Source: an uncultured Chloroflexia bacterium (GTDB taxonomy: Bacteria > Chloroflexota > Anaerolineae > Anaerolineales > Villigracilaceae). From it: 64,000 nucleotides of DNA. How positions within the stretch are numbered: position 1 is the stretch's first letter; each line of letters begins with the position of its first letter. The position numbers and the translations under genes were made by a program. Positions 43,020 through 52,741 of the stretch are shown piece after piece. The DNA is taken from NCBI GenBank assembly GCA_963840265.1, contig CAWIYA010000002.1, positions 612,289 through 676,288 of the forward strand. The letters run 5' to 3'. The notes beneath the pieces are model-generated. The model worked only from the letters and a program-made list of their open reading frames with translations. It ran no database searches and had not been told where the DNA came from.

Positions 43020-43977
43020 TTAAGTTGCCATCAGTGGTGCATTCTTCATGAAAGATAATGTTTCAGACAGCGAGCGCACCCCACCTGAAGCCCCTATTCC
43101 GGTCACACACAGGGCACCAACAGCGTTAGCAAATCGGGAGGTCTCCTCCAATGACCATCCATGCCATACGCCAGTAATGAAGCCAGCAGCAAAGGCATCC
43201 CCAGCGCCGGTTGCATCCACCACATCAACCTGGAAGGTTGGGAGTTGAAATCGGCTGATCGTTACCAGAAACCACCAGGCAACCTTCAACCCCCATTTTG
43301 AGGCCCACCGTAGTTACACCACAATCCAACAGGGCATGCGCAACTCCAAAAGGGTCTTCTAAGCCGGTAAGGGCTTGACCTTCGGGCAGACTTGGAACGA
43401 AATAATCAATATATGGGAGGCAAGGTGCCAAAATATCCATCCAACGCCCGGTGTCATCCCAAACGGTGTCCAGAAAGGTGGCAACCCCCGCGGCGCGGGC
43501 ATGGCGCAACAATTCAGCTGTCGGTTGACCATCAATACCGGGCATAACCAACGATCCGGCAATATGCAGGATGGAACCAGCCTCCACCATCGATAGGTCA
43601 ATATCATCCAGTGTCAGGCGGGCATTGGCTCCGATATAGTGAACAAAGCGGCGTTCGCCATCTGGTGCAACCATAACCATGGTGGCTGAGGTACCCACCT
43701 CTTTATCACGCCTGATGCCTTTGATCCCAATTTTACGCTCAGTGAGGGCATTTAAAACAAAGTCACCGAAAGAGTCTGAACCGATCTTCCCAATCACTTC
43801 CACTGGAAGGCCAAGCCGCGCCAGCGCAGTTGCAGTATTGCTGGCACACCCGCCCGTGTGAAGGCTCATTTCGTCAACCAGGACTAGTCTGCCCGGATCC
43901 GGAACGGTTCGGAGAGGACGTCCGACGATATCGGCTACCAATATTCCAAGACATAGAATGGGCTTATTTTTAGTCAT
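43020..43977 (-). pseudogene. PfkB-family sugar kinase interrupted by a frameshift
   Basis: The N-terminal ORF 43225..43977 ends ...GCLVVSGNDQPISTPNLPG*. The C-terminal signature VDVVDATGAGDAFAAGF continues in another frame (43020..43289). The total span is 958 nt, not a multiple of 3. Confidence 0.75.
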
Positions 43978-44084
43978 TTATTAAGGTGGACTCGGAAAAT
44001 AGATGAATCGTTGATGTAAAAGCTATCCAGCTGATAATTAATTATTTCGCCTCAAATCGTTGAAGAAAAAAAAGAGGCAGATTA

Positions 44085-45581
44085 TCAGTTTACATCGGCC
44101 ATCGCTTGATATTCTGGTGACAGGGCAGGATATAACGCACGGTAATGAGGATAAAGGTCCTGATATATGCGGCTGTCCGGGGAGGGACTGGTGCGGCCGG
44201 TAATCTGGATGGTGGCTTCACAGGCAGACAGTACATCCGGATAAACTCCGGCGCCAACGCCGGCCAGAAGTGCAGCGCCGAAAGCTGCGCCTTCGGTGGT
44301 ATTGACCGTCACCAACTCTACGCCCAGCACATCCGCCATGATCTGCCGCCACAGACCACTTTTAGCACCACCCCCCGAAATACGCACTTGGTCTATCGAT
44401 CCCAACCCAGCCTGTAATATCAGCCTGAAGCTGTCTTTAATCCCAAAGGCTACGCCTTCCAAGACCGCACGCGTCATATGAGCCCTTGTATGGCGAACAG
44501 TGAGTCCGACCCACGCAGCCCGCACTAAAGGGTCGGGGTATGGAGTTCTTTCACCGGTCAAATAGGGCAGAAAAAACAATCCTTCGCTGCCAGCTTTTAT
44601 GTCACCTGTTTCATTGACCAGGATATCGAAGTCAGCATCCGGGGCAAGGGTGTCCCGATACCATTGCAGGCTGCCTGCAGCACTGAGCATGACGCCCATC
44701 AAATGCCAGCGGTCGGGGACAGCATGACAAAAGGCATGCAGGCGACCCTCAGGTTCAATCAACGGTGACTCGGTGGTTGCGAAAACAACTCCAGAGGTCC
44801 CCAATGTAAGGGAAATAATGCCCGTTTGTACTGCCCCCACACCGACTGCTTGGGCCGCGCAGTCACCACTACCTCCGACAACAGGAGTTCCTTGCGCCAA
44901 ACCGGTCTCTGCCGCTGCCATCGCACTCACGCTGCCAGTCACTGCAGGACCTTCAAAGGTTGGTGGCAGCCAATTGGCTGGGATTTCAAGAGTGGATAAT
45001 ACTTCAGATGACCAATTACGGGTCTTTAGGTCAAATAGGATGGTTCCGGAGCCGTCGGCTTTGTCCATGGCAAAGTCGCCGGTCAGCCGGTAACGGATAT
45101 AATCCTTGGGCAGCAGGATGTGATGTGCCTGGGCAAATACATCCGGTTCGTTCTGCTGAACCCACAGGATTTTAGGCGCAGTGAAGCCAGTCAGAGCATC
45201 ATTGCCAGTGACCTGTATCAGATGTCCCTTGCCAAGGCGTGAGCGCATTTCGTCGCATTGGGCCCCGGTTCGCTGGTCGTTCCATAAGATGGCAGGACGC
45301 AACACTTCACCCTGTGCATCCAACAAAACCAATCCATGCATCTGGCCTGTTAAGCCGACGGCAGTGACGGCAGAACCTGCCACCCCTGCCTGTTCGAGTG
45401 CTTGACTAATGCTTTTTGCCATGCCCGCCCACCAATCGCGCGGGTCTTGTTCCGACCAAAGTGGATGCGGTGTGGAAAGTGTCAAGGGTGAGGTCGCACT
45501 GCTGACCACGCCTCCCTTTTCGTCGATCAGCAGCGCTTTTGCTCCGGTTGTTGAAACGTCAAGGCCTAAAAAAAGATTCAT
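44085..45581 (-). CDS. xylB: xylulokinase (FGGY family)
   Basis: 498 aa. It has LGLDVSTTGAKALLIDE and HPLWSEQDPRDWW, and it is adjacent to xylA. Confidence 0.8.
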   Translation of the reverse strand: MNLFLGLDVSTTGAKALLIDEKGGVVSSATSPLTLSTPHPLWSEQDPRDWWAGMAKSISQALEQAGVAGSAVTAVGLTGQMHGLVLLDAQGEVLRPAILWNDQRTGAQCDEMRSRLGKGHLIQVTGNDALTGFTAPKILWVQQNEPDVFAQAHHILLPKDYIRYRLTGDFAMDKADGSGTILFDLKTRNWSSEVLSTLEIPANWLPPTFEGPAVTGSVSAMAAAETGLAQGTPVVGGSGDCAAQAVGVGAVQTGIISLTLGTSGVVFATTESPLIEPEGRLHAFCHAVPDRWHLMGVMLSAAGSLQWYRDTLAPDADFDILVNETGDIKAGSEGLFFLPYLTGERTPYPDPLVRAAWVGLTVRHTRAHMTRAVLEGVAFGIKDSFRLILQAGLGSIDQVRISGGGAKSGLWRQIMADVLGVELVTVNTTEGAAFGAALLAGVGAGVYPDVLSACEATIQITGRTSPSPDSRIYQDLYPHYRALYPALSPEYQAMADVN

Positions 45582-45642
45582 TTAACAAATCCACACACCT
45601 GTAATGATTGAAACATGAGGCAATTTTAAACAAACGAAGCGA

Positions 45643-46812
45643 TTAACGTACTCCCAGCAACAATTCCACGGTTAATTGGTCAAGGCGCTCATAAGAGAGA
45701 CCCCGGGTACCCATTGCCTTCCGGTTAAAGATCTTGTTCTTAAGGCTTGTAGCTCTCTCCGGACTGTATTCTCCCAGCAGCGGAGATATTTTCTCCCGGT
45801 CAGAGTTGATTTCCTTTAGCAGGGCTTGAATTTCCTTGTCCTGTTTCCATTGTTCAGCCTTTGCCTTGAGGATGAGGTAGGTGCGCATACAACCGCGGGC
45901 GAAATCTTTTACCCCTTCGTAATCCTCTGTGCGATATGCATGAGCATCGAAATGTCGGCTTCCTTTGTAACCGTGTTCTTCCAGCAACTTGACCAAGAAG
46001 AAGGCGCTTTTTAGATTGACTGCTCCAAAGCGGAAGTCTTGGTCATAACGCCCGAAAGCTTGATCATTGAGGTCAATGTGGAAAAGCTTACCGGCATCCA
46101 GTGCCTGGGCAACTGCATGAGTAAAATTCAACCCTGCCATCTGCTCGTGAGCAACTTCAGGGTTAACCCCCACCATTTCAGGGTGATCCAAGGTTCCAAT
46201 GAATGCCAGCATGTGCCCGGTGGTGGCATTGTACATATCTCCGCGCGGTTCATTGGCCTTGGCTTCCAGGGCAAATTTCAATTTATAACCCTGGTGGATG
46301 GAATATTCACACAGGAAATTTATCGCCTCGCGGGTGCGTTTGATTGCAGTGAGCGGGTCTTTGGATGCGTCTGTTTCCGTGCCTTCGCGTCCGCCCCAGA
46401 AGACATATATCTTGGCGCCCAACTCCACCCCCAAATCCATCGCATTCATGGTCTTTTGCAAGGCATAGGCTCGCACGCGCGGATCGTTGGAGGTGAAAGC
46501 ACCATCCTTGAAAGCCGCATCGTAGAACAGGTTTGTGGTGGCCATTGGGACGACAAGGCCGGTTTCCTTCAGGGCTTTTTTAAAATCCTTTACAATCCGA
46601 TCCCGTTCAGCTGGAGTGGCATCGATCGGGACCAGGTCATTATCATGGAAGTTGAGGCCATATGCTCCGACTTCTGCAAGCAAGTGGACGAGTTCGACAG
46701 GCGTTTTCGCCTCTCGTACCGGACCACCGAAGGGGTCGCGACCAATCGAGCCAACGGTCCACAGGCCGAATGTAAATTTATGCTCAGGCTTTGGTTGATA
46801 GAGGTTAGTCAT
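45643..46812 (-). CDS. xylA: xylose isomerase, class I
   Basis: 389 aa from ATG 46812. Motifs: [40 protein letters not shown] and HIDLNDQ. Confidence 0.9.
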   Translation of the reverse strand: MTNLYQPKPEHKFTFGLWTVGSIGRDPFGGPVREAKTPVELVHLLAEVGAYGLNFHDNDLVPIDATPAERDRIVKDFKKALKETGLVVPMATTNLFYDAAFKDGAFTSNDPRVRAYALQKTMNAMDLGVELGAKIYVFWGGREGTETDASKDPLTAIKRTREAINFLCEYSIHQGYKLKFALEAKANEPRGDMYNATTGHMLAFIGTLDHPEMVGVNPEVAHEQMAGLNFTHAVAQALDAGKLFHIDLNDQAFGRYDQDFRFGAVNLKSAFFLVKLLEEHGYKGSRHFDAHAYRTEDYEGVKDFARGCMRTYLILKAKAEQWKQDKEIQALLKEINSDREKISPLLGEYSPERATSLKNKIFNRKAMGTRGLSYERLDQLTVELLLGVR

Positions 46813-46904
46813 TGAAAACCCTTTCAAATAATGTATTCTTGTAGGCAAACTCAAAATGGAGCCAGATACTTCTTAATTGAAATATCGGTGCTTAACGGTC
46901 CACT

Positions 46905-47351
46905 CTAGTTCATTTCCTGATTGGCAGTGTTACCAGCTTCTTTCTGGCGGCGTTCTCCTTTTGGTTTTATATGGCTCCACCATATGAAACCAAGTGTGGA
47001 AAAAAGGAGAACAAGGAATCCAACTTTATAGAATATTATCAACCATGGTTGGAACATCCCAAATATGCCCAGGACAATCCCCGCAATGAGTACTCTTTCA
47101 ATGAAGATGAATAGACGCTGCGAGATGTTACCGTTGAGCAAACTGGCGGACATTCTAATCAGAGAGATGAAAGCCAGCAGGACGGCAACAAAAATAAGGA
47201 TGAAGGGAATTGCTGAAAGAAGTACATTCGTAGCCCTTTGTTTTTCGGTTGTCAATGCCTTGATAGCTGGGCTAGCGATCAAACCAAGAACCAAGGTCAC
47301 AACGATCGCAATGAAGAGACCAACCGGTAAACGAAGACGACTTTTCGCCAT
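46905..47351 (-). CDS. small membrane protein, unknown function
   Basis: 148 aa from ATG 47351 (AGGAG RBS), 4 TM segments. Confidence 0.55.
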   Translation of the reverse strand: MAKSRLRLPVGLFIAIVVTLVLGLIASPAIKALTTEKQRATNVLLSAIPFILIFVAVLLAFISLIRMSASLLNGNISQRLFIFIERVLIAGIVLGIFGMFQPWLIIFYKVGFLVLLFSTLGFIWWSHIKPKGERRQKEAGNTANQEMN

Positions 47352-47383
47352 AATTGCTCCTAAAACCATCTAATAGGGATGTT

Positions 47384-47410
47384 GGAGCGAGACAGAACAT
47401 GTCTCGCTCC
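47384..47410 (-). other. intercistronic stem-loop
   Basis: Perfect 10-bp stem GGAGCGAGAC/GTCTCGCTCC with a 7-nt loop and no T-run. It lies between the Gfo-family gene and the small membrane protein gene. Confidence 0.55.
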
Positions 47411-47421
47411 CGGACAGGTGA

Positions 47422-48630
47422 CTAATATTTAATATCGACTTGCTTTTTAATTTCTGCTGATCTCAGAATTGCGTCGCATATGACCGCGGCACGGTATCCA
47501 TCTTCGAAAGTTGCGCCGTGTGGACCAACATCTTTCTTATTGACGATGCAATCCAGCAAGTGCGTGATCTCGTGCACAAAAGTGTGTTCCCAACCAATGA
47601 TATGCCCATGCGGCCACCAGTTCCCCCACCAGGGATGGTAACCCTCGGTGACTAGAACGGTCGTCCAACCGCCTGTCTCCTTTGGCTCATGATCGCGGTA
47701 GAAAATATCGAATTCGTTGAATCGCTCTAAGTTGAAACGGACACTCGCCTTTTCACCGTTGATCTCGAAACAGTTGTAATTCTTGCGCCCAAGGGCAAAA
47801 CGAGTGGATTCGAACGTGCCCAATGCTCCATTCTCAAACTCGCAAATGGAAACAAAAGCATCATCCACATCAACTGTACCCATCTTGGCCGGATTATCTG
47901 GCAGTGGTCGTTCAGTGATGAAGGTCTTCGCCATTGCAGAGACTGTTTTGACCCCCCCCACCAAATAGTGTGCAAGGTCAATAATATGTGCTCCCAAGTC
48001 TCCCAATGCTCCGCTGCCAGCTATTGATTTATCCAATCGCCAAATCTTGGGAGTGTTGTAGTGCGGGAGGATCCATTCCTGGAGGTATACCGCCCGCCAG
48101 TGGTAGATTTTTCCCAATGCACCACTATCAATCAAATTGCGGATCTGCCGGACTGCCGGTACGAAACGGTAATTGAACCCCACCATATTCTTGACACCGG
48201 TTGTCCTCGCAACTTCGACCATTTGTTTGGCTTCTTCAGATGTACGAGCGATCGGTTTTTCGCATAGGACATGCTTGCCAAGTTTCATGGCATAAATGGT
48301 CGGAGCCATGTGAACGTTATTTGGGCCGCAATTGTCGAACAGGTCAATCATTTTTGCGGAGTCGTCCAACATGCCTTTCCAGTCGTCCGGACAGCCTTCG
48401 CGGAAGCCATATCGTTTGACGGCTTCTTCGACAGCTTCCTTTCCCAAGCCGCATATCACCTCAAGCCGGGGAATCGCCGGCGGAGGATACATCATGTAAG
48501 GGATCTTCTTGTAGGCGTTTGTGTGCGCCTTGCCCATGAAGGAATAACCGAGCATGCCAACCCCGATCTCCGGGATCTCGCCCTTGGCTTTGGCTGCAGC
48601 CATCGTGGTGAATCCAGTTTCCTCACTCAT
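47422..48630 (-). CDS. Gfo/Idh/MocA family oxidoreductase
   Basis: 402 aa from ATG 48630 (GGGAGGG RBS). The N-terminal Rossmann motif is IGVGMLGYSFMGKAH. The ORF-track start at 48678 would overlap the upstream gene. Confidence 0.8.
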   Translation of the reverse strand: MSEETGFTTMAAAKAKGEIPEIGVGMLGYSFMGKAHTNAYKKIPYMMYPPPAIPRLEVICGLGKEAVEEAVKRYGFREGCPDDWKGMLDDSAKMIDLFDNCGPNNVHMAPTIYAMKLGKHVLCEKPIARTSEEAKQMVEVARTTGVKNMVGFNYRFVPAVRQIRNLIDSGALGKIYHWRAVYLQEWILPHYNTPKIWRLDKSIAGSGALGDLGAHIIDLAHYLVGGVKTVSAMAKTFITERPLPDNPAKMGTVDVDDAFVSICEFENGALGTFESTRFALGRKNYNCFEINGEKASVRFNLERFNEFDIFYRDHEPKETGGWTTVLVTEGYHPWWGNWWPHGHIIGWEHTFVHEITHLLDCIVNKKDVGPHGATFEDGYRAAVICDAILRSAEIKKQVDIKY

Positions 48631-48640
48631 GATACCCTCC

Positions 48641-49645
48641 CTATTTCTTGGCTGCAAAAGCAGCATCGAAGGCGACATTTGAGGGGGTGAAATCCTGCTT
48701 GCGGATCATCTTTAAAGCTTCAGGAGCACCCCATTCACGATCCATGCCACTATCTTCCCACTCGATGGAGAGGGGGCCTTTGTAACCAACTCGATTGAGA
48801 GCACGCACAATTTGGTCCCATTTGACGTCGCCCCGACCTGGCGAGACAAAATCCCATCCCCGACGGCTGTCCCCGAAATCCAAGTGTGATGACAGGATGC
48901 TGTTGCGACCAGTGAGTTGCAAACGCGAATCCTTCACGTGGACATGCCAGATGCGGTCACCAAAATCGTTGACGAACTCGACAGGGTTAATGAACTGGTG
49001 GATGAAGTGACTTGGGTCGAAATTGAAGCCAAAGGCAGGATGGTTGCCAATGGCCTCCAGCGTGCGCCTGGCAGTAACAAGGTCATAGGCGATTTCAGTC
49101 GGGTGAACTTCCAGGGCAAACTTGACACCATTCTTGGCGAACACTTCCATGATCGGTTTCCAGCGGGCCGCGAAATCTGCATAACCTTTATTGATATCAT
49201 CCTGGTTCGTCGGAGGGAAGAAATACAGATTCTTCCAAACCGGGCTGCCAGTGAACCCATTGACAATACTTACACCGAATTTCTTGGCGGCAATAGCTGT
49301 ATTTTTTACTTCTTCAGCACAGCGCTGGCGAACACCTTCAGGGTCGCCGTCGCCCCAAAGTCGAGGCGAGAGGACTCGTTTGTGACGTTCGTCTATGGGG
49401 TCATCAGCCACACATTGACCGACCAGGTGCGTGCTGATGGCTAAGCACTTGAGATTGTATTTATTGAGGATGTCCCAGCGACCTTTAACATAGCCATCAT
49501 TTTCCAGGGCTTTTTCCACTTCAAAGTGGTCTCCCCAGCAAGCTAATTCCAAACCATCAAAGCCCCAGGCGCTGGCTTTTTTGGCCACATCGTCCAATGT
49601 CAGATCTGCCCATTGGCCGGTGAAGAGGGTGATCGGTTTACTCAT
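48641..49645 (-). CDS. xylose isomerase-like TIM-barrel protein
   Basis: 334 aa with an AP_endonuc_2 pattern (FALEVHPTE, FNFDPSH, HVKDS). Confidence 0.8.
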   Translation of the reverse strand: MSKPITLFTGQWADLTLDDVAKKASAWGFDGLELACWGDHFEVEKALENDGYVKGRWDILNKYNLKCLAISTHLVGQCVADDPIDERHKRVLSPRLWGDGDPEGVRQRCAEEVKNTAIAAKKFGVSIVNGFTGSPVWKNLYFFPPTNQDDINKGYADFAARWKPIMEVFAKNGVKFALEVHPTEIAYDLVTARRTLEAIGNHPAFGFNFDPSHFIHQFINPVEFVNDFGDRIWHVHVKDSRLQLTGRNSILSSHLDFGDSRRGWDFVSPGRGDVKWDQIVRALNRVGYKGPLSIEWEDSGMDREWGAPEALKMIRKQDFTPSNVAFDAAFAAKK

Positions 49646-49669
49646 TTGATTTTCTCCTTTTGTAATTGG

Positions 49670-50776
49670 CTATTTATAGTCAGGCAAGTGAATCAATTTC
49701 CCACCTAGCATGGCAGATTCATGTGCCAGGATGCCCACAGAAGTCCAATTTGCGGATTCAAATACATTTGGGAATGGCTCGCGGTTGTCCACTATGGCTT
49801 GAAGGAACTCATTCGCGAGATGCGGATGTGAACCGCCATGTCCGGAGCCTTGAATGAAGGAAAGGTGTTTGTTTTCGGCCATGTCGTAAACGCACTTGGT
49901 CGTGAATTCACGGATTCCTTCTGGGAGAAGATGGGCATAGTCCTTGATACCTGCGTGCTTGGCCTCTTCGCCGCCAAGGTGGACCACTGGTTCTTCATTG
50001 GAAACCAGCTGCCACTCAAAACTCATTTCGCTTCCATAAACATCGAAACTCTCAATATATTGACGAGCGACATCAAATAATGACCTGGTGACTTCAGCGG
50101 AAAGATCAGACCCCTTCAACTTGATGTGCGCAGTTTCAACAGCGAACGGAGAACCGTATTTTGGAATAAGAGAGTCGGCTATCTTACCTGATCCAAAACA
50201 TGAAACATACTCCGCCATCGCGGCACCCATTGCCAAACAAGGACTTACCACGTGGGTCGCATAATGCATGGGCGGAAGACCTTCCCAATACCCCGGCCAA
50301 CCGTACATGTTCTGCTGGTGAGCTGCACGCAAGAATTGTAGTTTGCCCAGCTTTCCGGTATCCCGCAACTCTTTCACAAATAAATATTCGCGTGAATAGA
50401 TGACCGTTTCCATCATCATGTACTTCTTGCCGGAAGCTTTTTGTGCTTCAATGATCTGCCAGCACTCATCCACCGAAGTTGCCATGGGAACCGTACAAGC
50501 AACATGTTTCCCGGCTTTAAGTGCAGCGACGCTCATGCGAGCATGCTCATGGATGGGAGAGTTGATATGCACCACATCCACGTTTGGATCCTCGATGAGT
50601 TCGTCAAAGCTTGAGAAACGCGCTTTGATACCAAATGCCTCCCCAATCTGGTTCAATTTTTGCTCGTTGCGCTGGCAGATCGCATACATGTTTGCGTTCG
50701 GATGGCGCTGGTATATGGGAATGAATTCTGCACCAAACCCCAGCCCTACAATCGCAATATTCAGCTTATTTGTCAT
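49670..50776 (-). CDS. Gfo/Idh/MocA family oxidoreductase
   Basis: 368 aa. The N-terminus is LNIAIVGLGFGAEF. Confidence 0.8.
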   Translation of the reverse strand: MTNKLNIAIVGLGFGAEFIPIYQRHPNANMYAICQRNEQKLNQIGEAFGIKARFSSFDELIEDPNVDVVHINSPIHEHARMSVAALKAGKHVACTVPMATSVDECWQIIEAQKASGKKYMMMETVIYSREYLFVKELRDTGKLGKLQFLRAAHQQNMYGWPGYWEGLPPMHYATHVVSPCLAMGAAMAEYVSCFGSGKIADSLIPKYGSPFAVETAHIKLKGSDLSAEVTRSLFDVARQYIESFDVYGSEMSFEWQLVSNEEPVVHLGGEEAKHAGIKDYAHLLPEGIREFTTKCVYDMAENKHLSFIQGSGHGGSHPHLANEFLQAIVDNREPFPNVFESANWTSVGILAHESAMLGGKLIHLPDYK

Positions 50777-50806
50777 ATTGCCTCCGTAGATTCAAATCCC
50801 ATTCGA

Positions 50807-51658
50807 TTATTTCATCAACTCATGCAGGAAAACCACACCATCTGAAGCCAAAGCGTCCTGTGAGGAAGCCAAAGGCCGCCAAATTGCTGCTGCGCGCGCA
50901 ATACTTTTCACTTTGCTAGTAAAAGATTCTATGACCAGCACGCCATCAAATTTGATATCTTTCAACGCTTGGGCAACTTCTTTCCAGGGCACATGTCCAG
51001 CGCCAGGAGTACCGCGATTGTTCTCGTTGCTATGGACCTGGAGCAGACGTGACCCAACCTTTCGGATGGCATCCCCCATGGAATTCTCTTCAATATTCAT
51101 GTGGAAGGTATCCAGCATGATTTTGCACGCAGGGTGATTCACGCGATCTACCAGCTCGATGGCTTGATCCGCTGTGGTAATAAAGCTGGTCTCAAAGCGG
51201 TTTAAAGGTTCCAGTCCGAGGATAACCCCTTTCTTACTGGCATAATCCGCAAGATCCTTTAATATTCCCACCAGGATCTGCAAATCGTGTTCCCGTTCTT
51301 CTGCCGTTTGCTGCCAAGTGCGCCCCACTGCTGAGTAGAAAGGTCCAACGAGGTTCTTCCCCCCGATCAAGGCCAATCCATCAATACTAGCCTTGACGTA
51401 ATCCGCCCCGTTTTGGCGGACTTTAGGATCGGGGTCGATCAGATCGCGGTCGGGACCCATCGCAACGCAGCAACTGATGCTGGTAATCCCCGCCCTGTTG
51501 ATGATCTCAAGACATTTCTTGAAATCAAGGGTTTTTGGATCATCGATAGGAATCTCAATGTGGTTAAAGCCCATTTTTGCGATCTTGGGCGCCAAGACTT
51601 CCAATTCCTCCGTGGTCAGCGGGGCGGTCCAGACCCAGGTGTTTACTCCGAATTTCAT
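50807..51658 (-). CDS. xylose isomerase-like TIM-barrel protein (ketose 3-epimerase-like)
   Basis: 283 aa. Motifs: MKFGVNTWVW, LGLEPLNRFE, DTFHMNIEE and HSNENNRG. Confidence 0.8.
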   Translation of the reverse strand: MKFGVNTWVWTAPLTTEELEVLAPKIAKMGFNHIEIPIDDPKTLDFKKCLEIINRAGITSISCCVAMGPDRDLIDPDPKVRQNGADYVKASIDGLALIGGKNLVGPFYSAVGRTWQQTAEEREHDLQILVGILKDLADYASKKGVILGLEPLNRFETSFITTADQAIELVDRVNHPACKIMLDTFHMNIEENSMGDAIRKVGSRLLQVHSNENNRGTPGAGHVPWKEVAQALKDIKFDGVLVIESFTSKVKSIARAAAIWRPLASSQDALASDGVVFLHELMK

Positions 51659-51679
51659 AGTGAACTCTCCTTTCCGGGA

Positions 51680-52741
51680 TTACGGCTGAAGGCGGTCCCC
51701 GTTCAGCCCAAAATAGTGGATATGTTCATATGCAATATCAAACTTCATCACATCACCGATATGGTAAGTGGTTATTCCTGGAACCAGGCTAAGCAAGGTG
51801 CGCTGCCCTGACTGGATATGGAGGATGGTTTCAACCCCAAGTGGTTCGGCAAGAACAAGTTCCCCAGTAAATCTGCCGTTCAAATCAGGTTTGACATTCT
51901 CAGGACGGATCCCCAACATGAATTCCGAAGGCAGCTTACTCCCACCTGGAGAAGGTAGGAGTACATCACTCTCATTGATGGATGTGACCTCATTCTCGTT
52001 CCGGGCGTTGTATAGATTAATACGGGGGGAGCCAACCAATTGAGCAATAAAGGTCGATGCTGGCCGGTCGTAGATGTCTTCCGGCGTACCTACCTGGATT
52101 AAACGCCCCTCGTTCAAAACACCGATGCGGTCAGCCATGGTAAGCGCTTCGATCTGATCGTGGGTCACAAACAGCGTGGTGCTGCCCTGGGTTTTCTGTA
52201 AATGCTGCAATTCAATCCGCAAGGCTTCCCGCAACTTCGCATCCAGGTTGGATAAGGGTTCGTCCATCAGGAAAACACGCGGTGAGCGGACGATTGCCCG
52301 TCCAATGGAGACACGCTGCATTTCGCCACCCGATAGATGGGCAGTCTTGCGCTTCAGAAGGTGGGAGATTCTTAACTTGTCGGCAGTCTCTTCCACTTTT
52401 TTTCGGATCTCCTCTGCAGACTTGCGCCTCAAAGGGGAGCGGAGCGGAAAAGCCAGGTTGTCATAGACGGACATGGTTGGATAGAGCGAGTATTGTTGGA
52501 ACACAAGGGCAACATCACGATCCGAAGGTGCTAGGTTATCTACTGCTTCACCATCGTAGAGTATGGAGCCCGAATCCTGGTGTTCCAAACCCGCGATCAC
52601 ACGTAATGTGGTCGTTTTTCCCGCTCCTGTGGGGCCCAACAGGACAAAGAATTCTCCATCTTTGACATCAAAAGAAACATCTTCCAGCGCGGTAACGCCT
52701 GGAAAGGTTTTACCTATTTGCTTAAGTTCTATGTGACTCAT
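51680..52741 (-). CDS. ABC transporter ATP-binding protein (MalK/UgpC-like), copy B
   Basis: 353 aa. It has Walker A GPTGAGKTT, the signature LSGGEMQR, Walker B FLMDEP, and a C-terminal regulatory/TOBE-like domain. Confidence 0.9.
   Translation of the reverse strand: MSHIELKQIGKTFPGVTALEDVSFDVKDGEFFVLLGPTGAGKTTTLRVIAGLEHQDSGSILYDGEAVDNLAPSDRDVALVFQQYSLYPTMSVYDNLAFPLRSPLRRKSAEEIRKKVEETADKLRISHLLKRKTAHLSGGEMQRVSIGRAIVRSPRVFLMDEPLSNLDAKLREALRIELQHLQKTQGSTTLFVTHDQIEALTMADRIGVLNEGRLIQVGTPEDIYDRPASTFIAQLVGSPRINLYNARNENEVTSINESDVLLPSPGGSKLPSEFMLGIRPENVKPDLNGRFTGELVLAEPLGVETILHIQSGQRTLLSLVPGITTYHIGDVMKFDIAYEHIHYFGLNGDRLQP

Noticed and set aside
46039-46815. A 258-aa plus-strand ORF antisense to xylA.
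   Set aside because: It is a shadow ORF of a confidently identified gene, with no RBS or motifs.
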